Assembly (NCBI GenBank): GCA_963977015.1
Contig: CAXBMO010000005.1
Coordinates: 224,001-288,000, forward strand
Direction of reading: 5' to 3'
DNA length: 64,000 bases
From: an uncultured bacterium
GTDB lineage: Bacteria > Verrucomicrobiota > Verrucomicrobiia > Verrucomicrobiales > DEV007
A program made the translations under genes and the position numbers. This document shows, piece by piece, positions 15,001 to 19,848 of the stretch. Below the pieces are notes generated by a model. It did not search any database. It saw only the letters and a list, made by a program, of their open reading frames with translations, and had not been told where the DNA came from. How positions within the stretch are numbered: the stretch's first letter is position 1; every line of letters begins with the position of its first letter.

Positions 15001-15513
15001 TTCCGCCGCAGTTGCGATCTCCTCCAACACTTCAGCCGACAAATCCGGCATTCCCGTCGTTCCCTGAACCTCGATTTCAGCAGGAGCACTGATCAACTCG
15101 TTCCCTAAATCATTGGCGCTCCCCTCTGCCTGGGGCGCCCCGCCATCCACACCCTGCTCCTCTGGATCCGGCAACAAATCCGTCAGCAAATGAACCTCGG
15201 TCTCCAAAACCGACTCCGGCGCGGCCTGCAACTCCTCGGCGCCAACCTCAGTCACCTCATTGGGAGCCGAAGTCGCGGAATGGTCTTCCGGCGTCGATGC
15301 GGACGGTTCCTGAGCTGGCTCAGGAGACTCGGCTACCTCGGGAGCAGCGTCACCATCCACCGGGGCGGCCGAATAGAGAATGCGCGGCTCAAGGGCATCA
15401 AACATCAGCTTGCGTTTGCCGTCGCCGGATGTCGAATCGGTTTCGCGCTGACCAAAGAGACGGGAAATCAGGCTGCGCTTGTTTTTGTTATTATCAGGTT
15501 CGCTATTCATCAT
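1..15513 (-). CDS. Giant secreted/surface adhesin-like protein, at least 5171 aa, 3' end outside the window (LEPR-XLL, metzincin motif, PMP-like beta-helix repeats, CSLREA-like, choice-of-anchor-Q-like, autotransporter-associated strand repeats, LamG-like domains)
   Basis: ATG at 15513 gives MMNSEPDNNKNKRSLISRLF...FDALEPRILYSAAP. The same frame still reads sensibly at position 1 (GGGVTLFAGNVGDDFELGNL), and the track has no terminated ORF in this frame, so no in-frame stop is apparent. Motifs: HEQGHALGLAD ~14695-14727; many GGAI/GGGI repeats ~8600-14300; GSVSLREAINIAN ~11030-11070; DQRG..DLGAIE ~8375-8440; GELTKTGDGTLTI and GEIVKNGAGTMAL 5900-6560; FEFWLKPDD and LRIYIDG (LamG-like) 450-2600. 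Confidence 0.9.
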   Translation of the reverse strand, partial: MMNSEPDNNKNKRSLISRLFGQRETDSTSGDGKRKLMFDALEPRILYSAAPVDGDAAPEVAESPEPAQEPSASTPEDHSATSAPNEVTEVGAEELQAAPESVLETEVHLLTDLLPDPEEQGVDGGAPQAEGSANDLGNELISAPAEIEVQGTTGMPDLSAEVLEEIATAAEERWHLAGLTEEQSLALANVTYEIGDLAGLSLAQYDGANNIIRIDDDASGMSWFVDSTPMDDVEFISRGPESRLFAAIGEAEDRVDLLSVVLHEQGHALGLADTYLPENFGELMYGGYAEGERRLPVEGQADDAVVGSVAHVAHADVSVSNTADDGSGTDLRAAIAQAVDGDTVTLDQVDTYDLTNGQITIDGNAIGGNRIITIAGQGKGQTFIDAGGLSRVFNITNGANVTFQDLTITGGFLTEGDGAGIYHNGGTLTLTRVAVSGNEVQDTVDNSTNARGGGIYNNSRTIVATDSDLIGNKANRNGGNETAGGGGLFSNGSAARTTWTGGEISGNEARDGAGFYMWSVGGEATFEGVDFNGNIAAINGGAARANVGTTLTITGSGSTNSQIRNNTADNGAGIYNDGATLFVEGGFGGTDLVFDNNDADFDGGALRNRVEGRVTLTDVTITNHDARYGAAIHNEQAGSRIDGTRVTIDSNLARDRAGGVYNAHEGAIMNLTDSIISNNVAEDFYGGGIYNHGTMTLVNTDIEGNYTLDLNGANRRDGHGGGFFNGDGGILNLDANSDVRNNYAWGHGGGGFNQGGTVNADGNTWEGNYTIYNNSDRSGGALWNYLGGIVNLENVTFQANETSRQNGTYAGGDGTLQGSGGAVFNSDQSVLNISGNSTFTNNRAEWGGAITNSSNGSVVNIIGTSTQAVSISGNYARAGGGALNNNSEISEFNLSYVTIQNNISDVGDGGGIRNNNGILRGDHVTIDQNAAGDGNDDDGGGLFLDNRSDVIFTDSVISSNVSWDRGGGVYIEGEPILVRFENTIITGNKTGINKTTASGYSVVQTTHTYSIGDVTTATGSGNGGSEGGGIYGRERTVLELIDSTVSDNIARDDGGGLHINDDSKVLISGSLIQGNLAGYDSAGTVRTVNSHGGGIRVVGRTKLDVHNSAILDNEATQYGGGLMMQNDVQFTMTNSTVAGNVARDHGGGVASWDWNLRSTVENSTFSGNYAGFTRAEGGDTTPDYVQNRNGGGWYNRRGISNLTHTTFSENVANNGAGIRRDAHNVNVVASVVTQNENNAGAARNVGGTQGATALNLVDTYQGNTNATLNALSNAFLVGASNAGSSAATSATAHVQVYIPDAGASNIVDAVTTEVLAADQTGAGRPANGGTTASSDRGAVELNGLATALTLDALNLPALGVSGVEINLDAVANSTGAGDVQFAWTVNDGTSDIFTATNSTAVDPAENETDAVSFTHTIASAETVSETWTVTLTVTDLTTNQTVTQSDTITVFNPLASPMTPAAGTIEVNTLVETGTIETTSDTDGSVSLREAINIANASGAGDFVITFNSALDTSNIVTSLSTTGDENNNAGEDYDLRKTNGAIVFKGNGAANTIIDGGGIGRVFDIQPAVTAFFSGLTITGGVTVDNDHGAGFRADGATVILTNVEIVGNQAIRGSGNQGGGFYATSSGLRGSTVVMTGGKISENIAGDHGGGFLATGNIASTTTVVMDGVEVSANKASFNDDGTADGGGFYFTGQNNVLELKNVSILDNSTKDDGGGFILVGSDHTATFENVTIQRNVVENTAQDTDAATSFDNVAFAAQATNTDRDGGGGMIAGTNNTVNFVGGLIGGPQAGDGKIDFGNYADDDGAGLSIKGAVTVNFDGTTIQGNFSEDDGGGLMLEGAVTVNFDNGTITQNSSINQHGGGVAVRAGTFNSTNSSFTFNHAGDRDYVANPGNHVGGAIYVTGGSKVNLTDASLTNNNAEGRGGAIYGDRSSVITINSSTPGIKTSTISNNTTVETNDDNRGGGAIFITHANTTVNITDATIADNRSPRTGGAIMQQNASIVNLTSVDVLRNESNRRGGAIYLASDQSKLTLQDVTFTGNAVRTEYGGAIYSAGTVTGDSVVFTDNRTNYDLDTAASVSSTGQDRRGGAIYLGGAEASFTGSNVIIADNHSYGRGGGVYVDDGLLHLTNFILRGNSTDSDGNEGRGRGGAISTANRGTIVLVNGEVSGNTSDGHGGAIWGETDGSSLTATNVTFSGNRAGINGNGGGAFVNDRDGGAIYFTNASTVNLNHVTVSDNGATRNGGGIQRGSSTITIENSIVFGNHRDIDNTNRDGDTNGNIVLAGENLLGVRQGGTLSGDTDGRIVVDPDLGALSENGGPATLNALAAAAGIAGMQSHLPASTGGAANAATNSVIAADQRGTTRIAGDDPARDLGAIEVNHLGAGFAPNTATVSEDSSGDTLALADPSVEGDAGDVTIASIDTTGTTGTVTVDAGGDTVTYDPNGQFENLALGDSDTDSFVHISSDAAGNDIGQFQEVGGVVAGDAVNFQSNVAAPGGLGWTDETTGFSGSRTGTFLEHPNGAGIGGVMVEGPFVDYKINITTAGTYRLYIHAAGYDGSSDSIYAGIVELQDGTSGAGDVNQDWYAIQTNSSSTFTWYGSGNPESTSPGSGTPNTFNLAEGTYTLRIQPREDGAALDAWALQEVSLAAPTGTGPAQSLFGTRVEVTVDGANDAPTNNGDSTAELALIPQTDANPSGDTVANLFATNFADVDDGASFAGVAIVGNASTAAEGTWEFNDNVGGGWTAIPTTVDATTNATVVEDTYSLRFVPAAGYSGAPGSLTALPWDGVVTPGTGNAVDITGQTGGTGTFADSASDSVTLSTSVGFIYVDGSNDLVFDRQTNVDDTLVITSDGTNITFTDSSNLLYSAVGSGSGTNTVTVAIADFSGGSLSVNTGAGTDSVTLNGFTSLPGDLSITAETINLDADVTTATGDQTYNGAVTLGGNVQVSGESVTFESSVALGTNALTVSNSSTSTASEIKGAITGSGELTKTGDGTLTIDSAGDGTNAGFTGDVVVDGGVLEAGSSSGSREYLLGTGTKTVTVNNGGELRFTSYNAFGRASSPSPTNTLVINAGGTVTSNNSFTVLNDVTLNGGTLASNGGVSAAYQTFFIEGDVTVGGTTASTITTSGTNGAIHLSAATVFNVADVTGDASADLIVAGNLMDQAGTGAAGEIVKNGAGTMALTSASSYSGTTAVNAGTLQVDGGAISNTDSVAIDAGTLQVINQGNVNVTNGVTNGAGAGQLLIDEGTMTVGDGLALDTLRVGEDAGTDSSLVVSAGAVSVGNGTETLAIGNRDADVTNDATATVDFSSASGVTINVASTLMGRLTGGAGQFKVHGALLLSDSGANTVNTTTMIVGGSPGTGNESNNGTNVADIISEIQFGSGTNDLNVDTLTLGDGKAQGKITITAGGELNISGDTGAATNANLGWNVNGSTGNQAHGVIDASGATLNAAFGTLNLGRHVGGSGAGIGTLIFDAGTVTANTVALATSTGNSSGTITQRGGSFTVANGVTETQTSTLNIENGQFTVTAAGLQVDTLHIAKQDASNAGEPAKNATVTVQGGAVTIGDVVNGGQLEVGTRTGSDTGIPAGVGTLDLTAADSVAINVTQVLIGDMAGGSGGGGTFGTVDLSNVGNNAITASTVRVGNSATHGNDAVTSTLTFGSTINTVDVDTFEVGSEKSLGTVDIAGGGTLNLTGDANTAANLLIGDNDVSTGNNAVGIFDMTGATFKATLDELALGQHQNSSGSGKGTLTYNAGTITANSITLANANDGGTSSNTQNTTGTLNHNGGDLTVGTINLADGASTVNITDGTVTVTTAFNLDSLAAGASSVNLSGGVLDLSGQDVINRAGAETFTVSGTGLLKDVNDFGVTYNQTGGTLQIGADGAIDTMTVDGDFNVTGGAIEIALDGNGVNDSITVEDGTAADQAVDISNSNLLLTLNYAAASGNSHVLIANDGTADAVTGSFSNYPEVGATGLSEAFDLTFGTDVYTFQINYAGGDGNDVVLNSFGSAETSVEKVGNNLVITDINNDSDDALTITDDGTHYVIQDANLALTTSSGFERVDGNTIRVDKTAVEGLIVNAGENETAAGDTVTFGTALTFDGPVTVNAEAINLNGGAVNTGTANQDYNGAVILGADTTLTGNDVTFQRTVDSDGTPRSLATSLGAAGTLTFKDHVGNTSELLSLDTGSTGTTHVIGNTVLDNLQTGGGIIFNFDASFDPNTADNLVPDLGSAVGGSATVNGQPFNLLIDDSVVTFASNPSAGFAGITGAYVLPGATGSSADNQRGLAGLELQTGGNDEAPQDVNHTLLGVPDVDVSDVTFEFWLKPDDLTGKEVIWETGGGTGTGFGLDGSNLIFQVIQGSAPNKGTVVYDLDLDPSGIFGGDGVTPGSGYDPASDDFIQVIGTLDVSTKTVELFVNGTSVGSDVKDGALSDWDGGDPSGLGTVGGANMGGFGGGAQGYRPFDGQIAAFRLYSGVLTSGPSGQIQNNFNAVQAGGQTEIQIKTTQTQTFGNDLSLGIATVVESSGGGALGNVTFGTGKTIDADPAAAAPGSLTVNTAGVTDFNGIIGGSTPLGGLATDSAGTTTIDTTAVTSSGAIVLGDNVTTSANVAIDGASVSFVGTSTFNADATVTATSADATFTGEATFNATGTVTALGDATFNAAANFLGGLADINAGGNADFNDTLTFGADAAIDAGSNATFDGVVTLGGTTTVTATNIIVAAAATIDSDVGNLRDLTLNASGTTDLDSIIGGLEALGSLTTDAAGITQLGANVIVAGSGGITFGDRVTLTTDVDLESNHASGDVTFGSTVDGAFALTVNTPGSASTLFRGDVGSGVALTSLTTDGNGFAQLGGPAPIAGGTLLLNFDADEETLATSGLFEGTSGATVDERFNMSGAGISFGPVNDSSVTGILNAYTLDGTSGGVGGNFHNLTGNPTDADASLEFWIRPTSNTATGMIFEAGGSGDGSSVVYDGVNQQVIWTADDGNVQGQVSAALPIDGEFHQVFLTYDRDNSNRDILRIYIDGVFVDDNITATTTDDVSNDTDTNLIDDWAGSDGAGLGAVNGATAEGSLATTPFIGDIAKFRIYTNSVGAAGVLANYEEVANHNVQVTTTGDQLFGGAVQLQTEAVLTGNNITFNGKLDSSDADHDRDLTVNTTGGGVTLFAGNVGDDFELGNL

Positions 15514-15995
15514 CTAGGGGGGGAAGGGGGAGAAAAAAGGGCATAAAAAAACCGCGCCTCCATCCGGCCAAATTCGGCAGGGCAGATCGCGGTTCGTCCG
15601 TTTCGGAGAACTTGAGAAAGGGATTCGGGATCGGCGGCATCGCCGTGGCTCGGCGCGCGATTCCCAAAGAGATTCATATAACTGAGCTGGTCGCAGATGG
15701 CTGCGAGGAAGCCTGCTTCAAGCGGCGCTGCCGGTGGCAGAAAATGCATTCGTTTGAAAGCAGAGCGGCTCAGCGTAACTGCCGACCGCTTTTTGCCATC
15801 CTGCCAGGAAGAGAGCACCCAACGCGAAGCTCCCCTCTTGACTCCAGTTGGGAGCGGAACTAAATCCCGTGTCGGAACAGCAACCTCCAAATTCGGCTCT
15901 TCGGTCGAATCGTAAGTCGTCTCAGGAGCCTCCGTTGCCAAAATTTGACTCGGCTCCGGAGCTTCTGTAATGAAGATGTGGGGGGGGCAGTCCAC
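15510..15995 (-). CDS. Hypothetical protein, possibly translationally coupled to the giant gene
   Basis: 161-aa ORF whose TGA overlaps the ATG of the giant ORF (ATGA); no recognised family. Confidence 0.4.
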   Translation of the reverse strand: MDCPPHIFITEAPEPSQILATEAPETTYDSTEEPNLEVAVPTRDLVPLPTGVKRGASRWVLSSWQDGKKRSAVTLSRSAFKRMHFLPPAAPLEAGFLAAICDQLSYMNLFGNRAPSHGDAADPESLSQVLRNGRTAICPAEFGRMEARFFYALFSPPSPPR

Positions 15996-16463
15996 GTTGA
16001 AGACAGGGACGTTGATCAGGAGACGAGCGGGCTCTGACTCCCAAGGGGGGCGTTTTTGAAAGGGGGTGGGTTTTTAGTTGAGCTCCATTTCAACAAGCTT
16101 TCGGATAAGAATCTTGTAATAAACGAACAAATTTCGTTAAAAACCGAGCACACCAACCAAGTCGCAGTGGTTCTGAAGTATGGCGGTGTGGATCTGAGTA
16201 ATCCCTGGTTATTCGCAGTCGTCGAATCGCCCTCGACCAGCCCAGCTGGAGCCTGAGACGAAAAACGCGAGATTGGTCGAACTCTTGCCGTGTCCATCCC
16301 AAACCTGCGCTGCGGTTGCCTGTCGGGCCTTCCCGCGGCCTTTGCCATTTCTTCGGAGTTGCCCTCCGCGCTCAGGGAAAGCGAGCCCCCCAATCCCACC
16401 GTCACCATCATTGCCACGCGAACCTCAGCGGAATGGGACCGGTTTCGCCAAGATCATAAAAAG

Positions 16464-16537
16464 TCGGGCTAGCGGGATTCGAACCCACGACCTCTGCACC
16501 CCCAGTGCAGCGCGCTACCAGACTGCGCTATAGCCCG
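16464..16537 (-). tRNA. tRNA-Pro(GGG)
   Basis: CGGGCTATAGCGCAGTCTGGTAGCGCGCTGCACTGGGGGTGCAGAGGTCGTGGGTTCGAATCCCGCTAGCCCGA folds as a cloverleaf with anticodon GGG; CCA is not encoded. Confidence 0.97.
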
Positions 16538-16706
16538 ATTTGATTCCGAAACCGGACCATGATCAAAGGGCTGAATCGTTGCGATTGCAAGCGGAAGGTC
16601 AAGAATAGAAGGGCAAGGGTTCAACAACTTATGCGGCAGTCGCAGCAAACCATGCAGGGTTTCTTTGCAACATTGGGTGAAATATTCTTGGAAAGCGAGC
16701 GTGTAG

Positions 16707-16769
16707 TTGAGACTGGGTCTCAAAATCAATTTGATTTCTCGAATCCAACAGTTATGAGACTCAGTCTCA
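16707..16769. promoter_or_regulatory. Two Fur-box-like 7-1-7 palindromes upstream of bfd-bfr
   Basis: TTGAGACTGGGTCTCAA (16707-16723) and TGAGACTCAGTCTCA (16755-16769). Confidence 0.65.
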
Positions 16770-16783
16770 ATCCCCCTAATCCC

Positions 16784-17086
16784 ATGGTCATTCAGCACCC
16801 CAATTCTTCTCCCAAATCCGAAAGGGCTTCAGAGAACTCGGCTGACAAGATCGTGTGCCATTGCCACGATGTGAGAGAATCGACGGTTCGCGACGCGATC
16901 GTCCAGAACCTGGCGGAGTCGGTCGCGGAGGTGACTCTCAGCACCTGTGCCGGCGGAAGTTGCCAGGCCTGTCACTGCAAAATCAAACGAATGCTCAAGG
17001 GGGAACCTCCCGTTCCCGAGTCAACCACTGCATTCTGCCAACAATGCAACAGCCTCACTGCAATTTGCGTTTGCACTGCCGCTTAG
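16784..17086 (+). CDS. bfd: Bacterioferritin-associated ferredoxin (BFD-like 2Fe-2S protein)
   Basis: IVCHCHDV...CAGGSCQAC motif, directly upstream of bfr; start taken as ATG 16784. Confidence 0.85.
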   Translation: MVIQHPNSSPKSERASENSADKIVCHCHDVRESTVRDAIVQNLAESVAEVTLSTCAGGSCQACHCKIKRMLKGEPPVPESTTAFCQQCNSLTAICVCTAA

Positions 17087-17116
17087 GATCAGGACACTGC
17101 CGAATACACGATTAAT

Positions 17117-17599
17117 ATGAAAGGAAACGACCAAGTTATTGAGGCGCTGAACGCAGGACTGACGATCGAGCTAACAGCGATCAACCTTTACTTCATCAAC
17201 GCGAAGATGTGCAAGGACTGGGGACTCGAGCGCCTCGCCAAACATTTTTACGATGAGTCGATCGAGGAAATGAAGCACGCTGAGGAAGTGATCGACCGCA
17301 TTTTGTATCTGGAGGGCACTCCGGAAATCGCCCGCTACGACCAGATCAAAGTCGGGAAGACTCCAGAGAAACAGATCGAGAATTCCTACGAACTGGAGAA
17401 GAAGGGCGTCGCCACCTACAACGAGGGCGTCGGCATTTGCACCGAACATAAGGATGCTGGTAGCCGGGATTTGATGGAGCGGATGGTGGTCGAGTCTGAA
17501 GAAAGCATCGACTGGGCCGAGTCTCAGTTTGACCTGATCAAGATGGTCGGAATGGAGAACTACCTTGCTCAGCAAATGGGTGAGGGCGAGGAAGGCTGA
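17117..17599 (+). CDS. bfr: Bacterioferritin
   Basis: MKGNDQVIEALN..ELTAINLYF..ESIEEMKHAE..RILYLEGTP..ENYLAQQM. Confidence 0.96.
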   Translation: MKGNDQVIEALNAGLTIELTAINLYFINAKMCKDWGLERLAKHFYDESIEEMKHAEEVIDRILYLEGTPEIARYDQIKVGKTPEKQIENSYELEKKGVATYNEGVGICTEHKDAGSRDLMERMVVESEESIDWAESQFDLIKMVGMENYLAQQMGEGEEG

Positions 17600-17637
17600 T
17601 TGCCGCCTCCCGTTTCCTTTCGATCAACAGCGTCTTC

Positions 17638-17758
17638 CGTCGAAGCGATGTCACTGCCTGCCGACGGCGCGCTCCGACATCAGGGTTAAGGTTTGAATGT
17701 TCACTTGGATTTCGACTCGGCGCGGGCAGGCAGTTGACCATCCGCGTCTTGTTCGCTG
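17638..17758 (-). repeat. attC-like recombination site
   Basis: Minus strand: CAGCGAAC, 5 nt, GCGGATGGTCAACTGCCTGCC ... GGCAGGCAGTGACATCGC, 6 nt, G. The arms pair with three extrahelical bases; R' is degenerate (G|GAAG). Confidence 0.7.
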
Positions 17759-18075
17759 TTGGTTTGTTCGTTGTCGCTGGCTGCATGGTAGACTTCTGTG
17801 CCCACTGGAACATCAAACTTATGGATCTCCTTGGGAAGGGAAAATGGGGTGGCTTCAAGCCTCTTCGCACCAGGACGATAGCTGATCATCTCGATGTCTT
17901 GCAGATTCGTTTCGATAATATCCCCGAGAGGAGTTCGAAGGATTAGGGGATCGCCTTTCTGGACGTTTGGAGTCCCCTCAGTTCATGGGATACCTGGGAC
18001 AACCACAACGCCTCGCCCCAAAATGGCAAAACGGTCGGTAATCGTGAAAAGGTAAGTATGATCCTGAAGGTTCAT
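17701..18075 (-). pseudogene. Small EF-Tu domain-II-like hypothetical protein interrupted by an in-frame TGA at codon 31
   Basis: MNLQDHTYLFTITDRFAILGRGVVVVPGIP*TEGTPNVQKGDPLILRTP... continues in frame into track ORF 17701..17889; TGA at 17983-17985. Confidence 0.6.
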
Positions 18076-18085
18076 ATCGTCGAGC

Positions 18086-18313
18086 TTAGATCACTATCAT
18101 AAACTTGGACTGCTCGAAATATTCATCGATCTCAATTGGAAGCGTGTCCTCGCGGTCGGCTAAAACTGTAAATCCGCCTCGATTGTGAGGCTCAATGGTA
18201 TCAACACGATTAATTCCCGGAGCGCCTTCGACACATGCCCTGAGCATCTCAACAAGATTAGGATCCGCGCTGAGTGCTGCATCTCGGGGAACCACGCGTA
18301 AGTAGAGGTGCAT
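18086..18313 (-). CDS. Hypothetical cassette-encoded protein (75 aa)
   Basis: MHLYLRVVPRDAAL...; ATG 13 nt after the cassette core site. Confidence 0.6.
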   Translation of the reverse strand: MHLYLRVVPRDAALSADPNLVEMLRACVEGAPGINRVDTIEPHNRGGFTVLADREDTLPIEIDEYFEQSKFMIVI

Positions 18314-18439
18314 TTTCTTCAGCGAACTTTCTTGCTTGGTGCAGTTGAACTGCACCTGTAGCCAATACTTTGCCCAAGGGCGGCTTCGTGGAAGGAAGAG
18401 GAACAGCGGTGTCTTTTCCTCGCCGTCCATCAAGACGTT

Positions 18440-19327
18440 CTAGCCCGCTTCGGATGTTGCCATTTGGCAAGCCCGGACGGTGTTGTGCATCAGCATGGCG
18501 ATGGTCATGACGCCGACCCCACCAGGGACCGGAGTGATCGCTGACGTTTTCTCAGCAACGGCAGTGAAATCCACGTCGCCGACCAGTCGATAGCCGCGTT
18601 TCGCCTCGGGATCGTCCACGCGGTTGATGCCGACATCAATGACGACGGCACCGTCTTTGACGAAGTCAGCCGTTACGTAATTGGCGCGCCCAATCGCGGC
18701 GACCACCACATCAGCTTCGCGACAAACCCCCGCCAAATCGGCGGTTCGTGAATGCGCAACAGTGACGGTGGCGTTCGCCCCCTCCCCTTTGCCCATCAAC
18801 AGCAACGCAAGCGACTTTCCAACGAGCAGACTTCTCCCAACGATGACAACTCGTTTGCCGGAGACATCGATTCCGGCGTGTTGCAGCATGCGTTGGCAAC
18901 CCAGTGGCGTACAGGGAACGAATCCGGTGGGATCGTCCATCACCAATTTGGCCATGTTGGCGGGATGAAGGCCATCCACGTCTTTGGCGGGGCTGATCGC
19001 CTGAATGACGGCCTCGCTATCCAGGTGAGGGGGAAGCGGCATTTGGACGAGAATCCCGTGAATCGCGGAATCCGCGTTCAGTTTGGCGATAAGATCGAGA
19101 AGAGCTTCCTGGGACGTATCCTCTTCCAGCTCGTGCTTCACGGAATGGAGCCCCAATTCCTGACATTTGCGGTCTTTCGCCCCGACATAGGCTTTGGAGG
19201 CGGGGTCATTGCCGACCAAAACAACTGCCAATCCCGGCAGCTTTCCCTGTGATTTTAGCGCAGCCAGATTTTCAGAAACTTCTTCGTAAACGGAGGCGGC
19301 GACTTCTTTTCCTTTGATGAGGTGCAT
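18440..19327 (-). CDS. folD: Bifunctional methylenetetrahydrofolate dehydrogenase/cyclohydrolase
   Basis: [29 protein letters not shown] and TPVPGGVG motifs. Confidence 0.97.
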   Translation of the reverse strand: MHLIKGKEVAASVYEEVSENLAALKSQGKLPGLAVVLVGNDPASKAYVGAKDRKCQELGLHSVKHELEEDTSQEALLDLIAKLNADSAIHGILVQMPLPPHLDSEAVIQAISPAKDVDGLHPANMAKLVMDDPTGFVPCTPLGCQRMLQHAGIDVSGKRVVIVGRSLLVGKSLALLLMGKGEGANATVTVAHSRTADLAGVCREADVVVAAIGRANYVTADFVKDGAVVIDVGINRVDDPEAKRGYRLVGDVDFTAVAEKTSAITPVPGGVGVMTIAMLMHNTVRACQMATSEAG

Positions 19328-19389
19328 GTTAGGATGGCCGGAACCTAGCCGCAGAAGGACTTTCGTCCAGCGTCATTTCTGCAGACAAC

Positions 19390-19848
19390 TTACGCGTTCA
19401 CATTCATGAACCGCAGTTCCAGTTGCCGAATCGGGCGATAACTCAGCTGTGAGATCATCTTCGCTTTGGTGAGGCTGGTGTTCCGTTTGCCGAGGAGAAC
19501 TTCGGAAACCCCGGCCAAGTCAGACTTGGAAAGCGGCTCGCAAATCGAGGAGACTCTTGACCGGACAAGATGATAGTCCGGTGCGCTCCAAGTCCCGATC
19601 TCGCCCTCCAAGTTCCGAAATGCCTCGAGAGCTGAGGCGACCTTTGCCGAACCTTCCATCCCGGGCTTCGCATTCGCCGGCTTAGCCTTTCCCGTCAATC
19701 GCTTTGTCAACTTGGCAAGGGTCTCGTCCCCTCTCACCGAGAGACCGTTGATGAATTGCTCGAGTTCGGAGACTTCGTCTTTGGAAAGACCTGCTGCGAG
19801 CCGATCAAATTGTGTTCTCAATCGACGCTGTAACTCTTCCACCTGCAT
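19390..19848 (-). CDS. Hypothetical protein downstream of ParA
   Basis: 152-aa ORF overlapping the ParA 3' end. Confidence 0.6.
   Translation of the reverse strand: MQVEELQRRLRTQFDRLAAGLSKDEVSELEQFINGLSVRGDETLAKLTKRLTGKAKPANAKPGMEGSAKVASALEAFRNLEGEIGTWSAPDYHLVRSRVSSICEPLSKSDLAGVSEVLLGKRNTSLTKAKMISQLSYRPIRQLELRFMNVNA

Larger units (their letters stand above)
17638..18326 (-). mobile_element. Solitary integron-type gene cassette (two ORFs plus attC)
   Basis: On the minus strand it starts G|TTCGCTG (18327|18326) just before an ATG and ends in an attC whose R'' CAGCGAAC is the exact complement of that start. Confidence 0.7.

Noticed and set aside
88-15546. Many long plus-strand ORFs (e.g. 979..2358, 9823..11442)
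   Set aside because: They are antisense shadows of the giant minus-strand gene, with Arg/Val/Pro-rich translations and no motifs.
16000-16460. Riboswitch in the long leader of the giant gene; ORF 16016..16417
   Set aside because: I could not match c-di-GMP, cobalamin or other consensus motifs by eye (an Rfam scan would decide), and the ORF has no recognisable features.
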